NCBI GenBank assembly: GCA_032718475.1
Contig: JAUCBJ010003499.1
Span: 1-45,322, forward strand
Length of the DNA: 45,322 nucleotides
DNA from: Nemertoderma westbladi
Taxonomy: Eukaryota > Animalia > Xenacoelomorpha
Direction: 5' to 3'
Part shown: positions 33,362-45,322 of the stretch, one piece after another
How the letters are laid out: each line of letters starts with the position of its first letter
Numbering within the stretch: position 1 is the first letter of the stretch
The notes under the pieces: generated by a model
What the model was told of the DNA's origin: nothing
The model's input: the letters and a program-made list of their open reading frames with translations, nothing else
Database searches by the model: none
Program-made: the position numbers and the translations under genes

Positions 33362-36251
33362 CAATGTGACGATCCAGTGATGCGCAGAAACTTGAAACTA
33401 CCGCCTTGTTCTGCATTTGCAGAACGCTTTGCTGCGTGACGTTCTCGTGATCGCCTCTGAACGCTATTCAGTACGGTGTTGGCGAGAGTACGACATGCAG
33501 ATTGTGTAGGTTGGGGATCCAATCCATACCAGACAGCGATAGCGTGTCAAACCGAAATAAATAAATAATATTAATATTATTATAATAATATAATATAACA
33601 ATAATATTAAATATTTATTCAGAGTTAAACATTTAAATATTAATCTAACATTATTGTTAAACTACTGCTATTATTACCTGTTCCAACTGTCGAAAACAGT
33701 GTACCGTTCCTTCAGGAAGATAGTCAACCCAGGCTGACACCGCCATAACCCACCATACAAGTTCGTGCGGAGGTATAATTAAACCTCCTCGCGACAGAGT
33801 CCGAACAAACAGAACGTCATCCTCGCATGTCTGGCCTGTGTGGTGCAGTCGAGTCCGGGGCAAACACGTTGGATGAATCCCGCCACGTATCCCGCTGCCT
33901 GACGTTCTTCCTCGCTAACCTCAAAGTCGACGAGGTTATGGATAGCCGCGAGACATTCTTCAGAGAGTGGCTCATTACAAGCCTGGCATTCCTTTGGATG
34001 TTGCTGCGGCACGGTGAGGACAGTTGGTAGCTCATCCATCTTGCAGAATGCCATAAGCCCCCGAGATCGGAAAGCGCTATCGTCTTCTTTCACACCAATT
34101 GTCATATTTGTGCCACTCAAAGCACGAAAACAACCAATCTCTCCCCCCAGAATGTCCTGCTGGACCTCGCTCGTTCTAAAATATTCAAACACCAAGCCTA
34201 ACAGGTAGCGGCCGAGATCACAGATCCCAAAACAGCACTGATAAATGGCGTTGTGGGTATCGATAGTGAGGCTACGGACACGAAGTTAGCCATTCGCACA
34301 TGGCTCAGAATGAAACCCGCACCCAAACTGGTTCAACCTTTGGATGATAATTCATAAGTTTCCACCAATTTAAAACGTTTTCAATCACGTCAACCGTCTC
34401 CACACAACCACGAAGTCGGAACGCAGTAACTACACGCCACACGGTCATTGAATACGCGTACAACGTGTTTTACATTCTGGCGCGACAAATAATCCGGTTT
34501 GATCGATGTCTTTGTCAGCGATGTCGTCCGCAGTATTGAGTCCTTTTCGTCATTGTATAGATCGACTATATCTTGCCAGCGTCCAATAGAGTTCCCAAGT
34601 TGCGGGAGCTGCAACCTTTCGGTTATATAGAAAAGATTAAATAAATAAAAAAAATAGTATAGCGAAAAATAGAAAAATTAATTAATTTAATGAAAAATTA
34701 CTATTATTATATTTACTTACATATTTATTATAATTATCGGGGGTGGACAGACAGATCAGCAGTACTATAATAATAAAACCCATTAAAAAATAAAATCAAG
34801 TAAGTAATAACTTTTTATAATCTTTAAATTATAAAAAGATAAATTATAAATTAAAAATTATAATTAAAAATTACTAAAAATTATCAATTAAATTATTAAA
34901 AATCGACACTTACCCAATTGTTTCGGATGCATTTTAAAATATGGACTGCATCGTGTAGAAGAAATAGCGGCTTCGCAGGAACCAGAGGATGCGAGACGAC
35001 CCAAGGTTTATCTGAGTTAAATCCCGGGAATAGGGAATATGTTGTTCTGTTTGATTTAAGATTGTCCATGACAATCACCGTGACAAAGCCTCCGTATTGG
35101 TGGACACAACGGATTGACTTTATAACTCGGTCGTAACCGAACTGTCCGGTTACAGTGTACACTGGAACCATCTGCGCCATGACAGCAGGTCCACCTCGAA
35201 GAACACGCATCATTGTACACAACATCCCCGTCGCCATTTCCGAGGGATTGTCCATCGCATACCCGAACAAACTATGTCCTTGGTACATGAGTTGCGGGAC
35301 AACCTTAATCTCGTCCATAATCAGAGCAACTTGACATCTTGATATGGATGGTGTTTTACTCCGAACTTTAGTTAGCGCAGTTTGCACGAGGAGATCGCTT
35401 GTAACGGCCTGTTTTAACGAGCGCATTTTGCGCTCTGAAGGCAATATCGCAATAGTCCGCAGAATCCGGTACGGTAGCTTTGGATAACCTTGGATTGAGA
35501 CCATATAATCGACTTTTGAATAGGTCTTCGGACAATGTAGTTCAAGTTGGCGAGTCATAAACTCCAACCGAATTCCCAGAGTCGACGACCTTCAAAATAA
35601 GTTCGCGGGCTTTCTGGAGGTACCCAATAGCGTTTCGGGGATCTGTGTCCCTTTTCACAGTTGCCACAACTTCTGTCAATTGCGACCAACGGAACAGTTG
35701 GTTATTTGGTCCCAGGCAGTGACACAATGACAGACGAGCACCAGCGGAAACATCTATGCGGAAACATAGATACCGGTATCGGAACATAATAGTGCCTTCA
35801 AGCAAATGTTTACACGACCGATGTAATTTTCATCATAGAAAACGAACCAAGTCCTTTGAGTTCAATGAGCTCATCTGCCGTTCTTCGACAGATGGAGTTT
35901 GACGTGGTGTGGAAGGTGCTCGCGGTATACTGGTATACAGGATGCGGGTATCCCGGGAAATTCATTTGGTGGCACTGTTAGTCGCAACGACCCACCGGCC
36001 ACCTTGATATGCGGAACATCCTCGGGAAACCCTCGCCAGTGCAGCAGTGGGAGATACAAATGACCGCGTTCTTCCCGTAGATGAACGGCAAACCATCATC
36101 GCCGAGTCGCCTTGGCAATGCGGCAATCCAGTGGTCGCGTTCTGGTCTCTGGTGAACCTAACGGTGGAAGCTTGACAGTTCGGACTTTATTAAAAGTATC
36201 ATATCGTATGTAGTTTCCAGTACATCCGAAGACACAGCATTTATTGGGCAT
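33362..36251 (-). pseudogene. Decayed THAP-domain P-element-superfamily transposase with two probable introns
   Basis: ATG at 36251 gives MPNKCCVFGCTGNY (THAP). Also IMDEIKV, IVMDNLKSN, HDAVHILKCIRNNW, WQDIVDLY..RQNVKHVVRVFN, QDILGGEIGCFRALSG, YVAGFI, LSRGGLIIP. Many frameshifts. Terminal inverted repeats (TIRs) not identified. Confidence 0.88.
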
Positions 36252-37433
36252 TATTAATAATCAAATTAATAGTTACAGATCAGCAGATACAGCGATACGG
36301 CAGTACTGTAGTACGTACTACTGTACAACGAGAACGAGTCGTACGACGCTTCGATGGGCTGGCTGGCTGGTGGGTTACCGCTACCGACTGACCGGTGCCA
36401 GTACTATAGTCACTGCAGCACTGCTGACTGCTACCTCTAAACTATACCAGTATACAGCTACGGTAGTCCAGTAATCTACATACAGACATAATTAAGAAAT
36501 ATGAAAACATAGAAAACAATACATGATAGAACAAATGGTCTTCCTGGATTTGATTCTGATTTCGAACCCCGTTTCACGGCACGATGTAGAGTTCTAAATG
36601 GGATACCAAACTCTTTATGCGCTTTATAAATCTGTTTTCCCATTCTCACAGAACGCAGAGCTAAGTCTAAATCTGTATCGCTCCAATTAGTTTTATAGGG
36701 CCTTGCCTTGACCGAGGCTTGCGGTTGTATTTACCCATCATGGAAGTTGTCAACTGTTAAAGTATTGGTATAGGCTAGGAATATACAGGTAATTGTACTG
36801 GTACCAGTTAAAGTTAGTTGACTATACAGATATGTAATGACTACATTTGTACTACAGTATGTAAATACGGTATTATATCCGAGTGACTAAACCAAAATCC
36901 AAGCCAGCCAGGCTGCCAGGTGGTACCTACTGTATAATTGTAAATAAGCAAGATAATATAAGTAACCATCCGTATGGGACTTGTCCCGGAAATGAGAACC
37001 CCAAACTAGCAGGATACTACTTGTACGATTGTAATGTGAAAAAATTTTCAATAAAATTCACTAATTTTTTTTCGAAAAGTAAGACCCCACTTATTTTTTT
37101 TAAATATTATTGAATTCAATTAAGGAACACATTAAAAGCTAATACGATATTCACAATTTGAAAAGAAACCATAAAAGGTAGCCCAGAGCACTTGCTAGGC
37201 CAGATAATTAATATTTTGTCAAGCCCCGTATTTGGATGTTGAAGTGCACATTCAGACTTTTGTATATCAGCCAATTTGAATTTCCCTCTGCCTATATATC
37301 TTCTACAGTTGCCAAGAAACATAAGGAAATTAATGAAACACTCCCTGGGAGAAACTGGCCTATGATTGGTTAGAAATTCGACAACCAATTTGTATACCTA
37401 GAATATAATTTCGGTGACTTTATAACTTGACAA

Positions 37434-40400
37434 ACACGTTCGTGGGACCTTCGCGCAGCACGAGGCCCAGTTATGAGATACAAATTAAAATTGTGCGACT
37501 GTATCACAAAATCAGGTTATGAGATATTAACCCACACCACCAATTAATCAAAGAAAGGGGGACAGTACGTGTTCACCCCTTTTAATCTGCACACCCCCCC
37601 CCCTCCCCCCACCCACCAATACATAACCGCGACATCTACCACCCACGGAAGGGTAGCACGAACTTATTTCCAATCGCACGTTAAATATGCAAAGCCAGGT
37701 GGTTTATAGGAATATAATAAACGCAGTACTCGTTTTCATTATAAGCCTCTTTGCGTTCGTCCTGTTTTGTATTTAAATATATTTCTTAAACGCAGGCTAG
37801 GACGATCTTTATAATAATAATAACTAGGGATGCGATCAATATGTGAAGCCAGGTGGTTTATATAACAATTTAGTCAACGCAGTACTCGTCTTCATTATAT
37901 GCCTCGTTGCGCTCGTCGCTTGTCCTGTTTTGTCATAAAATATTTTTCCTAAACGCAGACTGACGATCTTTATACAGTTATAACTATGCGAAGTTTCAAA
38001 ACTGTGCGAGTAACTGTTGATACATCTATGTGGAGATGTGTGATATGTGGAGATGTGTGATACAACGCCAACGCATCTTATGCCGATGTAGTAATATGGG
38101 TATTGAAATAATATTAAATCAATGTACACTCTTAAAGCTGCAGCGAAAAAATGTAGCTAATTTCCTAGGTTACATATAAAATAATAATATTATTTTTAAG
38201 AACATTAATTTTACTACTTTGCAAAAATTCAATTAAAAAATAACCAGACATATACATTGTGGAATAAACTATTTCAGAAGCCTACACAACAGCCATGCCA
38301 TGGATTGTAATTATGTTATTATATCTGTCATTTACCTGAGATAGCAATACAACACTTATAGTAGAGTCAATACAGGAAGGATGTTAGGATGTTGGATTTC
38401 AAGAATGATGTCTGGGCTGGAATAGCAATACTGGTTGCCTATTACAGTACAATTCCTCTCTGGTTAGTCTACAGCCACAACTCCAAGCCAGCTAGCTCCA
38501 CACCAGCAGAGACTTGACCAATAATCATTCCCAGCAAATAGCTGCCTTACACACACATCCTTCCATCGTACCAGCATGTTAGCCAATAAATGAGCAGTAT
38601 TTAATGAGAATCAATTTTTTATGACGTTTTAATTACTTTAGATCAATTAAAGACACAATTAATAAAGCAAATCACTTGAACTAATTAAAAACTATAATAG
38701 AATGGCGTATGTGGATTACATCTGTATAATTTTTAAGTATAATTATTTAAATCTTATACTGTAAAACAATTAATTTCCTTTAAAAGGCAGGTTGAAAATG
38801 GTGTTTTTACCGTAATCAACTTAATTAACTAATTAACTGCTATTATCTTAGCTTCTCGAAGGCCACACGGAAATTCTACTTGGAAAATTTCTAAACTTTT
38901 GCCAAACAACATGTGTACCAAGTTTGGATAGATTTCATCAAAGATTGGCTGAGTTATTAACGTTTAAAATTGGACGCGACAGAACGACAGAACGACAGAA
39001 CGACACGTTCGTGGGGCCTTCGCGCAGCACGAGGCCCAGTTATGAGATACAAATTAAAATTGAGCGACTGTATCACAAAATCAGGTTTTGAGAAATTTAC
39101 CCACACCACCAATCAATCAAAGAAAGGGGGACAGTACGTGTTCACCCCTTTTAATCCCCCCCCCCCCCCCCCACCCTTCCCAACCACCAATACATAACCG
39201 CGACATCTACCACCCACGGAAGGGTAGCACGAACTTATTTCCAATCGCACGTTCAATATGCAAAGCCAGGTGGTTTATAGGAATATAATAAACGCAGTAC
39301 TCGTATTCATTATAAGCCTCGTTGCGTTCGTCCTGTTTTGTATTTAAATATATTTCTTAAACGCAGGCTAGGACGTTCTTTATAATAATAATAACTAGGG
39401 ATGCGATCAATATGTGAAGCCAGGTGGTTTATATAATAATTTAGTCAACGCAGTACTCGTCTTCATTATATGCCTCGTTGCGCTCGTCGTTTGTCCTGTT
39501 TTGTTATAAAATATTTTTCCTAAACGCAGACTGACGATCTTTATACAGTTATAAATATGCGAAGTTTCGAAACTGTGCGAGTAACTGTTGATACATCTAT
39601 GTGGATATGTGTGATATGTGGAGATGTGTGATACAACGCCAACGCATCGTATGCCGATGTAGTAATATGGGTATTGAAATAATATTAAATCAATGTACAC
39701 TCTTAAAGCTGCAGCGAAAAAATGTAGCTAATTTCCTAGGTTACATATAAAATAATAATATTATTTTTAAGAACATTAATTTTACTACTTTGCAAAAATT
39801 CAATTAAAAAATAACCAGACATATACATTGTGGAATAAACTATTTCAGAAGCCTACACAACAGCCATGCCATGGATAGTATTTATGTTATGATATCTGTC
39901 ATTCACCTGAGATAGCAATACAACATTTATAGTGAATTTAAAGAATGCTGTCTGGGCTGGAATAGCAATACTGGTTGTCTATTACTATTCCTCTCTGGTT
40001 AGTCTTAGCAACAACTCCCAGCCAGCAGCAGAGACTTGACCAATAATCATTCCCAGCAACTGGGAATGACACACACATCCCATCTATGTACCAGCATGTT
40101 GGCCAATAAATGAGCAGTATTTAATGAGAATAAATTTTTTTTGCCGTTTTAATTACTTTAGATCAATTAAAGACACAATTATTAAAGCAAATCACTTGAA
40201 CTAATTAAAAACTATAATAGAATGGCGTATGGGGATTACATCTGTATAATTTTTAATTATAATTATTTAAATCTTATACTGTAAAACAATTAATTTCCTT
40301 TAAAAGGCAGGTTGAAAATGGTGTTTTTACCGTAATAACTTAATTAACTAATTAACTGCTATTATCTTAGCTTCTCGAAGGCCACACGGAAATTCTACTT

Positions 40401-40660
40401 GGAAAATTTCTAAACTTTTGCCAAACAACATGTGTACCAAGTTTGGATAGATTTCATCAAAGATTGGCCGAGTTATTAACGTTTAAAATTGAACGCGACA
40501 GAACGACAGAACGACAGAACGACAGAACGACAGAACGACAGAACGACAGGTTGATTAATGGTACCACTACGCTAAGGCTCACTCACTTCGTGGCTCGCCC
40601 CACAGGTTGATTAATGGTACCACTACGCTAAGGCTCACTCACTTCGTGGCTCGCCCCACA
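37434..40660 (+). mobile_element. Head-to-tail dimer (period ~1569 bp) of a non-autonomous repeat, probably HINE/Helentron-like
   Basis: Units start ACACGTTCGTGGG at 37434 and 39003. 5' hairpin, (GACAGAAC)n microsatellite, and a 56-bp terminal module duplicated at 40546-40660. Confidence 0.75.
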
Positions 40661-41229
40661 TTTCATAAGAACTTTAGTGATGATTGACACGCATTGCAAT
40701 AAAAATCAGTCACATGATTCATCGCCAATAAATGACTCATTCAGTCATTTTGTGGTCAGTAGGCCTACTGCAGAGTTGCGTTTATTGAGTTTTCTTTTTA
40801 CGTTTAATTGTTTAATGAGTTTTGCTTACTTTAATAAATAGTGTATAGCGTTTTGTTACTTTAATTTACACTGGTACTGTAGTTGTATTGCTGTTTGTTT
40901 ATTTTACTTCAATTCAAAATTCAATTGTTAATTGTATTTTGTACTCTTTAATTCTCTAATTGTTTATCGAGTTTTGTAATCTTTAATTGTTTATAGTGTC
41001 TTTTGCATACTGTACTTTGTTTTGTTTATTGTTTATTTATGTTGTTTGTACTGTCTATATCGTTAATGAAATATTTATAATTTGCTTAATTGTCTGATTG
41101 TTGCTAATTGACAATTGTAATTGAATTAATGCCTAATTGATACAATTAAAATTCAAATTATTTAAATGTTAGTGAAATTTGAATAATAACAATTGAATTT
41201 CGAAGAATTTGAAATTAAAAAAAGGCCTC

Positions 41230-41806
41230 GAAATCCGTGATGTTGTTGGGTATCTGGCCTCTCTAACATTTGGACCACGAAACGTGACAGTCGGAACCCA
41301 TAGTCAGAGACCAGCCTGGATTAAGTGGAGAAGCAGGACTTTGGTGTGATGTAGGAGTTCCAGGGGCATTCAACCCGCAGACTCGGGCGTTGTTAGATAT
41401 GGTATTGGTAAGGGTCAGGGTCGTAAACCTTGACGCTGAGTCGTATGCGGGACGCCGCCCGATGAGGGTCCTAGAATCTTCGGAGGACGCTAAAACCGCA
41501 CTATATGCGGAACCAGCGAGACAGAGGAGAGCGGACTTTGCACACTTCGTAGTCTCTTGCGATTGAGTTCTGGAACCGCAGACCAACAAGCTCCTGAGGA
41601 TCTTCGCTGATAGGTTACACCACAACTGGGACAGGCCTTATACTGTAGCACCGTCATGGAGTGAGTTCGCCGCCGTGTGCAGTTCGCCATACTGTAGTTC
41701 GAGGGGCTTCTCATTGCATCAGGGGGTCGAGCTGTCGAGGCTAAAGTGGCGCAGTGGTCTGGGTACGGAGGATGGAGCTGGATTGCCGATCACTCCACTC
41801 GTCTGA
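41230..41806 (+). pseudogene. 5'-truncated decayed CRE-like element (RLE domain), related to 8676-12353
   Basis: Manual translation EIRDVVGYLASLTFGPRNV..GLWCDVGVPGAFNPQTRALLD..NLDAESYAGR..ADRLHHNW..KWRSGLGTEDGAGLP parallels the C-terminus of the intact ORF. Confidence 0.9.
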
Positions 41807-42929
41807 CTCTGTAATTTGAATCTGTAAACTATGTAATGTGTTGTGCTTTCTCTTATTTGTATCTGTGCTAGTCTTTTTGGAATTATAGTGACTGTAGGTT
41901 CTTGTAAAACTCTCAGTGTATAATATTAATTTTAATTTCTGCTTTATATTATATTATTGTTAAAGCCGTTTCATTGTACTAAACGGGGGTCTGGGGGCGG
42001 CAACTCCCAATAAAAAATAACAAAATGAAGATAAAGAAAGTAGGCCTACTTAACAAAAATTTCCCTGATTTTTTATTCTGATTTTTTCCAGACATTTTCC
42101 CAAGGAAACCGTCTTTTCTCACAGACACCGGGTAGTAACGAAATTGTAAAAAAATGCCCTGTACAGTTACAGTATATAAAATTATACTGGACCACCACAA
42201 TAAACCGCTAGTTATCCTGCATCTAAACTCAATAATAACTTTATATCTATATCATATTACGATATCAGTACTATCATGGCCTACTTAAATACGGCCTGCC
42301 TAATGGCAGCAAGGCCAAAAAATTAGTGGGTCGATTTTTCAAAGTTGTCGTGTTGGTTTATATATTTGGATAAAGACAATCAAGTTGTTGTATATTATCT
42401 GAAATTTTATGGAGATTTCAAATATTCAATCGGTTTTGTCATACCTTTCTCAGTTTTCGAAATATTTCATGAAAACCAATGGGTACTTAAAAAGTGGGTT
42501 CACCATGAAAGTTTCAATAATCCAGAATCTTTAAAACGCACCAGTCACCCATCATTTGCGACCTATAAAGGTTCTCAAGGGTGGCGAACGTGATGGAAAT
42601 ATTTTCCTAACGAATGGTTTATCTGGTATGCTACTTTTCACTGGGTGCCGAATGTTGGTTCTACAACATGAAAATTTCATTTTTCGGATACATATAATAC
42701 TAATTTATTTGCCATGATTTACAATGTAGATTTGATTACACAGGGAATCCAATGAAAGTATTTTCAAGATGATTCGAATGAACCCAGATTGCTATTTTTC
42801 ACTGGCTACTAAATGTGGGTCCAACATGAAAATTACAGTTATTTTTTGAAAACCTTCAATACTCATGATAGTGCGGCCTTTTACGATCCAGGTAGGTGTT
42901 TAGAACTTAGGAAACTAAGAATTTCAACC

Positions 42930-43460
42930 CGGGTAGATTACACATCTGATGGAATTCCTCCTTTGCAACTGAAAGTTTCTCTGGTGATAGACTTCTTGGT
43001 TTACTGTGAATGGGTGCTCCTACAGTCTCTATGTGGTGTTCAACGTCATGTCTTAGCTTTGATTCACGAAATGTCATTTCTGTTAATGAAGGCAATTCTA
43101 GGAGTAATTCATTGAATTCATTAGAATCGCAGATGAAGCTTAAGCCTTTATCGAATGCGATATTTTACCGGGAACGTGGGTGTAAGTCTTTGCATCTATG
43201 AGGCTAGAATGTCTCAAATCGTTGAGCAGTCCGAAGTTACTTTGCACCCTATATGGGTTGTGCCATGTTGGCGATAACAAATTTCCAAGTAAATCGTTGC
43301 GGTAACCCTAAATTGAGTGTTAGGGTTTTGTTGCCATTTGTATCAATGGTTGTTCCATTAGCAGCAACAAGTTGTGGTGTGGAGGTATCCTCTATGGCGA
43401 GTTGTTTGTCGGCATATTTTGCAGGTAAGGACACTGATCAAAATCCGACATCACAGAGAA
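42930..43460 (-). pseudogene. Ty3/Gypsy pol fragment (protease to pre-RT linker)
   Basis: LVAANGTTI..TLTLNLGL..FTWKFVIA; HDVEHHIETVGAPIHSKPRSLSPEKLSVAKEEF. Confidence 0.85.
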
Positions 43461-43464
43461 AGTT

Positions 43465-43560
43465 ATAGAATTTTTTGGAAATCAGTATATAGCGAATCAT
43501 GGGACATCACCATAATAGTATCAGATAATGGTCCACAGTTTCGTTGTAGAAAGTTGTTTT
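43465..43560 (+). pseudogene. Small Gypsy-type integrase scrap in the opposite orientation
   Basis: IIVSDNGPQF motif. Confidence 0.55.
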
Positions 43561-43868
43561 GTCCGGGAAAAGTGTTCAACAACAAACTTCCCGGCAAGAA
43601 AGAAAGCACAAGAAAGCACTAAACCGTGCTAAGAATTATTTTGCTATGGGGGTTTTCATGGTCAGTTTTCACTTTTAATGAAATCTAGTTAGTCTGTATA
43701 TATCTCTGTCAGTTTATCTTACTATCCGACAATCTGTCCGTGAAATATAAGAAAATGGCAGACCATCTAGCTAAACGTTTAGCATTAGGGGTTTACAAAG
43801 AACTTGTGCGATGAAATTTGTATTTGTACGGCTTGATTTAACAAAAATGGAGCGAAAAGACGAGAATG

Positions 43869-44010
43869 AATTGCGCCAAGAGGTGGATTCTATTAACCGA
43901 ACGAAGCCCAAGGATAAGTTTATTATACTGTAGGAAGGGATCTAGGGGTCTTAACCTCGAATGATAAGTTTATTTTACTGAAAATAACTTATCTTTTATT
44001 GGCGCAATTG
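43869..44010. mobile_element. Small MITE-like element
   Basis: AATTGCGCCAA...TTGGCGCAATT inverted termini and an internal repeated GATAAGTTTATT. Confidence 0.5.
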
Positions 44011-44107
44011 TAGGTCTAATCCCCTCACATGCGTACTTTAACCGGGTAGTGTACAAATTTATGAATCGCGTAATTTTTCTTGAAATTAATATCTCATATC
44101 TCTCCAA

Positions 44108-44150
44108 ACCACGTACGCGTTTCGACCTTACTGGGTCTCATCAGCGTGGT
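44108..44150 (-). ncRNA. Minimal type I hammerhead ribozyme with canonical core
   Basis: Minus strand: ACCACG-CTGATGA-GACC-cagtaa-GGTC-GAAA-CGCG-TA-CGTGGT. Confidence 0.88.
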
Positions 44151-44212
44151 GTCGGATTCGAACCTGGGACCTCGAGGTGGAAGCCGAGACAACAACCACT
44201 AGGCCACAGGTT
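44151..44212 (-). promoter_or_regulatory. tRNA-derived Pol III internal promoter (SINE head)
   Basis: A box TGGCCTAGTGG (44206-44196), B box GGTTCGAATCC (44164-44154). An anticodon-like loop CTTCCAC suggests tRNA-Gly(TCC) origin. Confidence 0.85.
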
Positions 44213-44593
44213 CTTGAGATATGGAGTATTAATTTCAAAGCCAGCAGCCATGTTATTAGCCCCTGATTTTTGATTATTGATAGTAACAATGTGTTGGCAA
44301 GCTGTATTTATCGGCTCGGCTTCTACTTCGAGGTAGAAACGACGAGGTCAAATTTGAATACTGATATGAGAAATTAAGCCACAGACCAAGAATACCCTAT
44401 TATAATTTTTTTTAGATATAGTATGCTTACTATTGTTTTGTAAACATACTGACAGACAGACCAACGGACAGACACCCATATCTTGAGAAGTAAGACAGAA
44501 TCTAAATGAATTTGGGAAAAATCTGCTCAAGATGAAATAGAGAATAAATTTTGAAAAAAATTTGAAAACCTCGGTAAGTAGCTTGCAGATTTC

Positions 44594-45206
44594 CAGGGTT
44601 GATAAAAATGATTTTTACTTTAAAATGATTTTTTTTTAAATAAAAAAAATCAGATTTTCTTATTTAAATCAGATTTTTTTAGTTCAATCAGATTTTATAT
44701 GAAAACATAGTAAAGGCTTCTTGGTTCATCAATGCACTAATGTTTAAACGGGATCGCAAACCCGATCCCGAAAATCCGGAATCCCAGTGAAAAGTTTCCC
44801 GACTTTTTTGGAACGGGATCCCGAATTATATATAGTGAAGTAAATTTGTTGAATATCTAAAAACTTGTTCCAGCAGAACGGGAATGTTTTGATTATATAT
44901 AATTTTTTATGTCAGTAAACCTTTCAGAAGTGTAAGATAAAGTGAGTGTTACCCAAAACTTGCCACATATACTATGAACGATCCCGATCCCGGAAATCCC
45001 GAAAAGTGTGATTCCGTTTAAACACTACAATGTTTAAACAACACAATGAATAGGACTACAAACTACAACTTTTTGAATTTGTATCATTTATTAATAATTA
45101 ATAATACAATGTTTCTCCAGGCCTTAAAGAATTGTTGATAAAATTCATGATTAAAAAAAATCAAAAAAATCTGCTTTTTTCAATGATTTAAATAAAATAA
45201 AACCTG
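44594..45206. mobile_element. hAT-like MITE with perfect 8-bp TSD CAGATTTC
   Basis: CAGGGTT...AACCTG ends. CAGATTTC at 44586-44593 and 45207-45214. Confidence 0.8.
44738..45027. mobile_element. Second MITE nested in the first
   Basis: TIRs TAATGTTTAAACGGGATCGCA / TGTGATTCCGTTTAAACACTA. Both flanks begin CAATG (partial TSD). Confidence 0.75.
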
Positions 45207-45322
45207 CAGATTTCAGATATTAACTTATTTATTAGGCCTACTACTAACGTTATAAAATCTTACTATTTCAGGATCTTCCTCCAGACCCACCATTTCTAAT
45301 TATTTGTTTGCAGGTTTCCGAT

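Noticed and set aside
37836-39700. Paired 97-aa ORFs as a duplicated gene
   Set aside because: They lie inside the repeat dimer and have no recognisable domain.
44145-44212. Functional tRNA-Gly gene
   Set aside because: No acceptor stem pairing and a distorted anticodon arm; better read as a SINE head.

Overview
Repeat-dense eukaryotic DNA, probably from an invertebrate animal, with no recognisable host gene. From left to right: a decayed RTE-like LINE reverse transcriptase (RT) fragment; a 5.2 kb near-perfect 43-bp satellite; a 21-bp minisatellite interrupted by an intact, full-length CRE-like retrotransposon (RT plus restriction-like endonuclease); a Penelope GIY-YIG remnant with a hammerhead-like motif; a young 14.75 kb BEL/Pao LTR retrotransposon with ~99% identical LTRs and a TAAAC target-site duplication (TSD); a SINE remnant; Helentron/HINE-like repeats including a 1.57 kb head-to-tail dimer; a decayed, intron-containing THAP/P-element transposase; a second, truncated CRE-like copy; Gypsy scraps; a tRNA-headed hammerhead ribozyme element; and nested hAT-like MITEs. 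Main candidates for novelty: (i) the BEL/Pao element has an extra ~482-codon zinc-knuckle/Arg-rich ORF where env would sit, which the ORF track splits at a single TGA and which is preceded by RNA hairpins; (ii) the same element has no tRNA primer-binding site but has an 11-nt complement to its own LTR at that position; (iii) the CRE-like element may target the 21-bp minisatellite; (iv) the Pol III/hammerhead element. All family calls come from motif recognition by eye, not from database searches.
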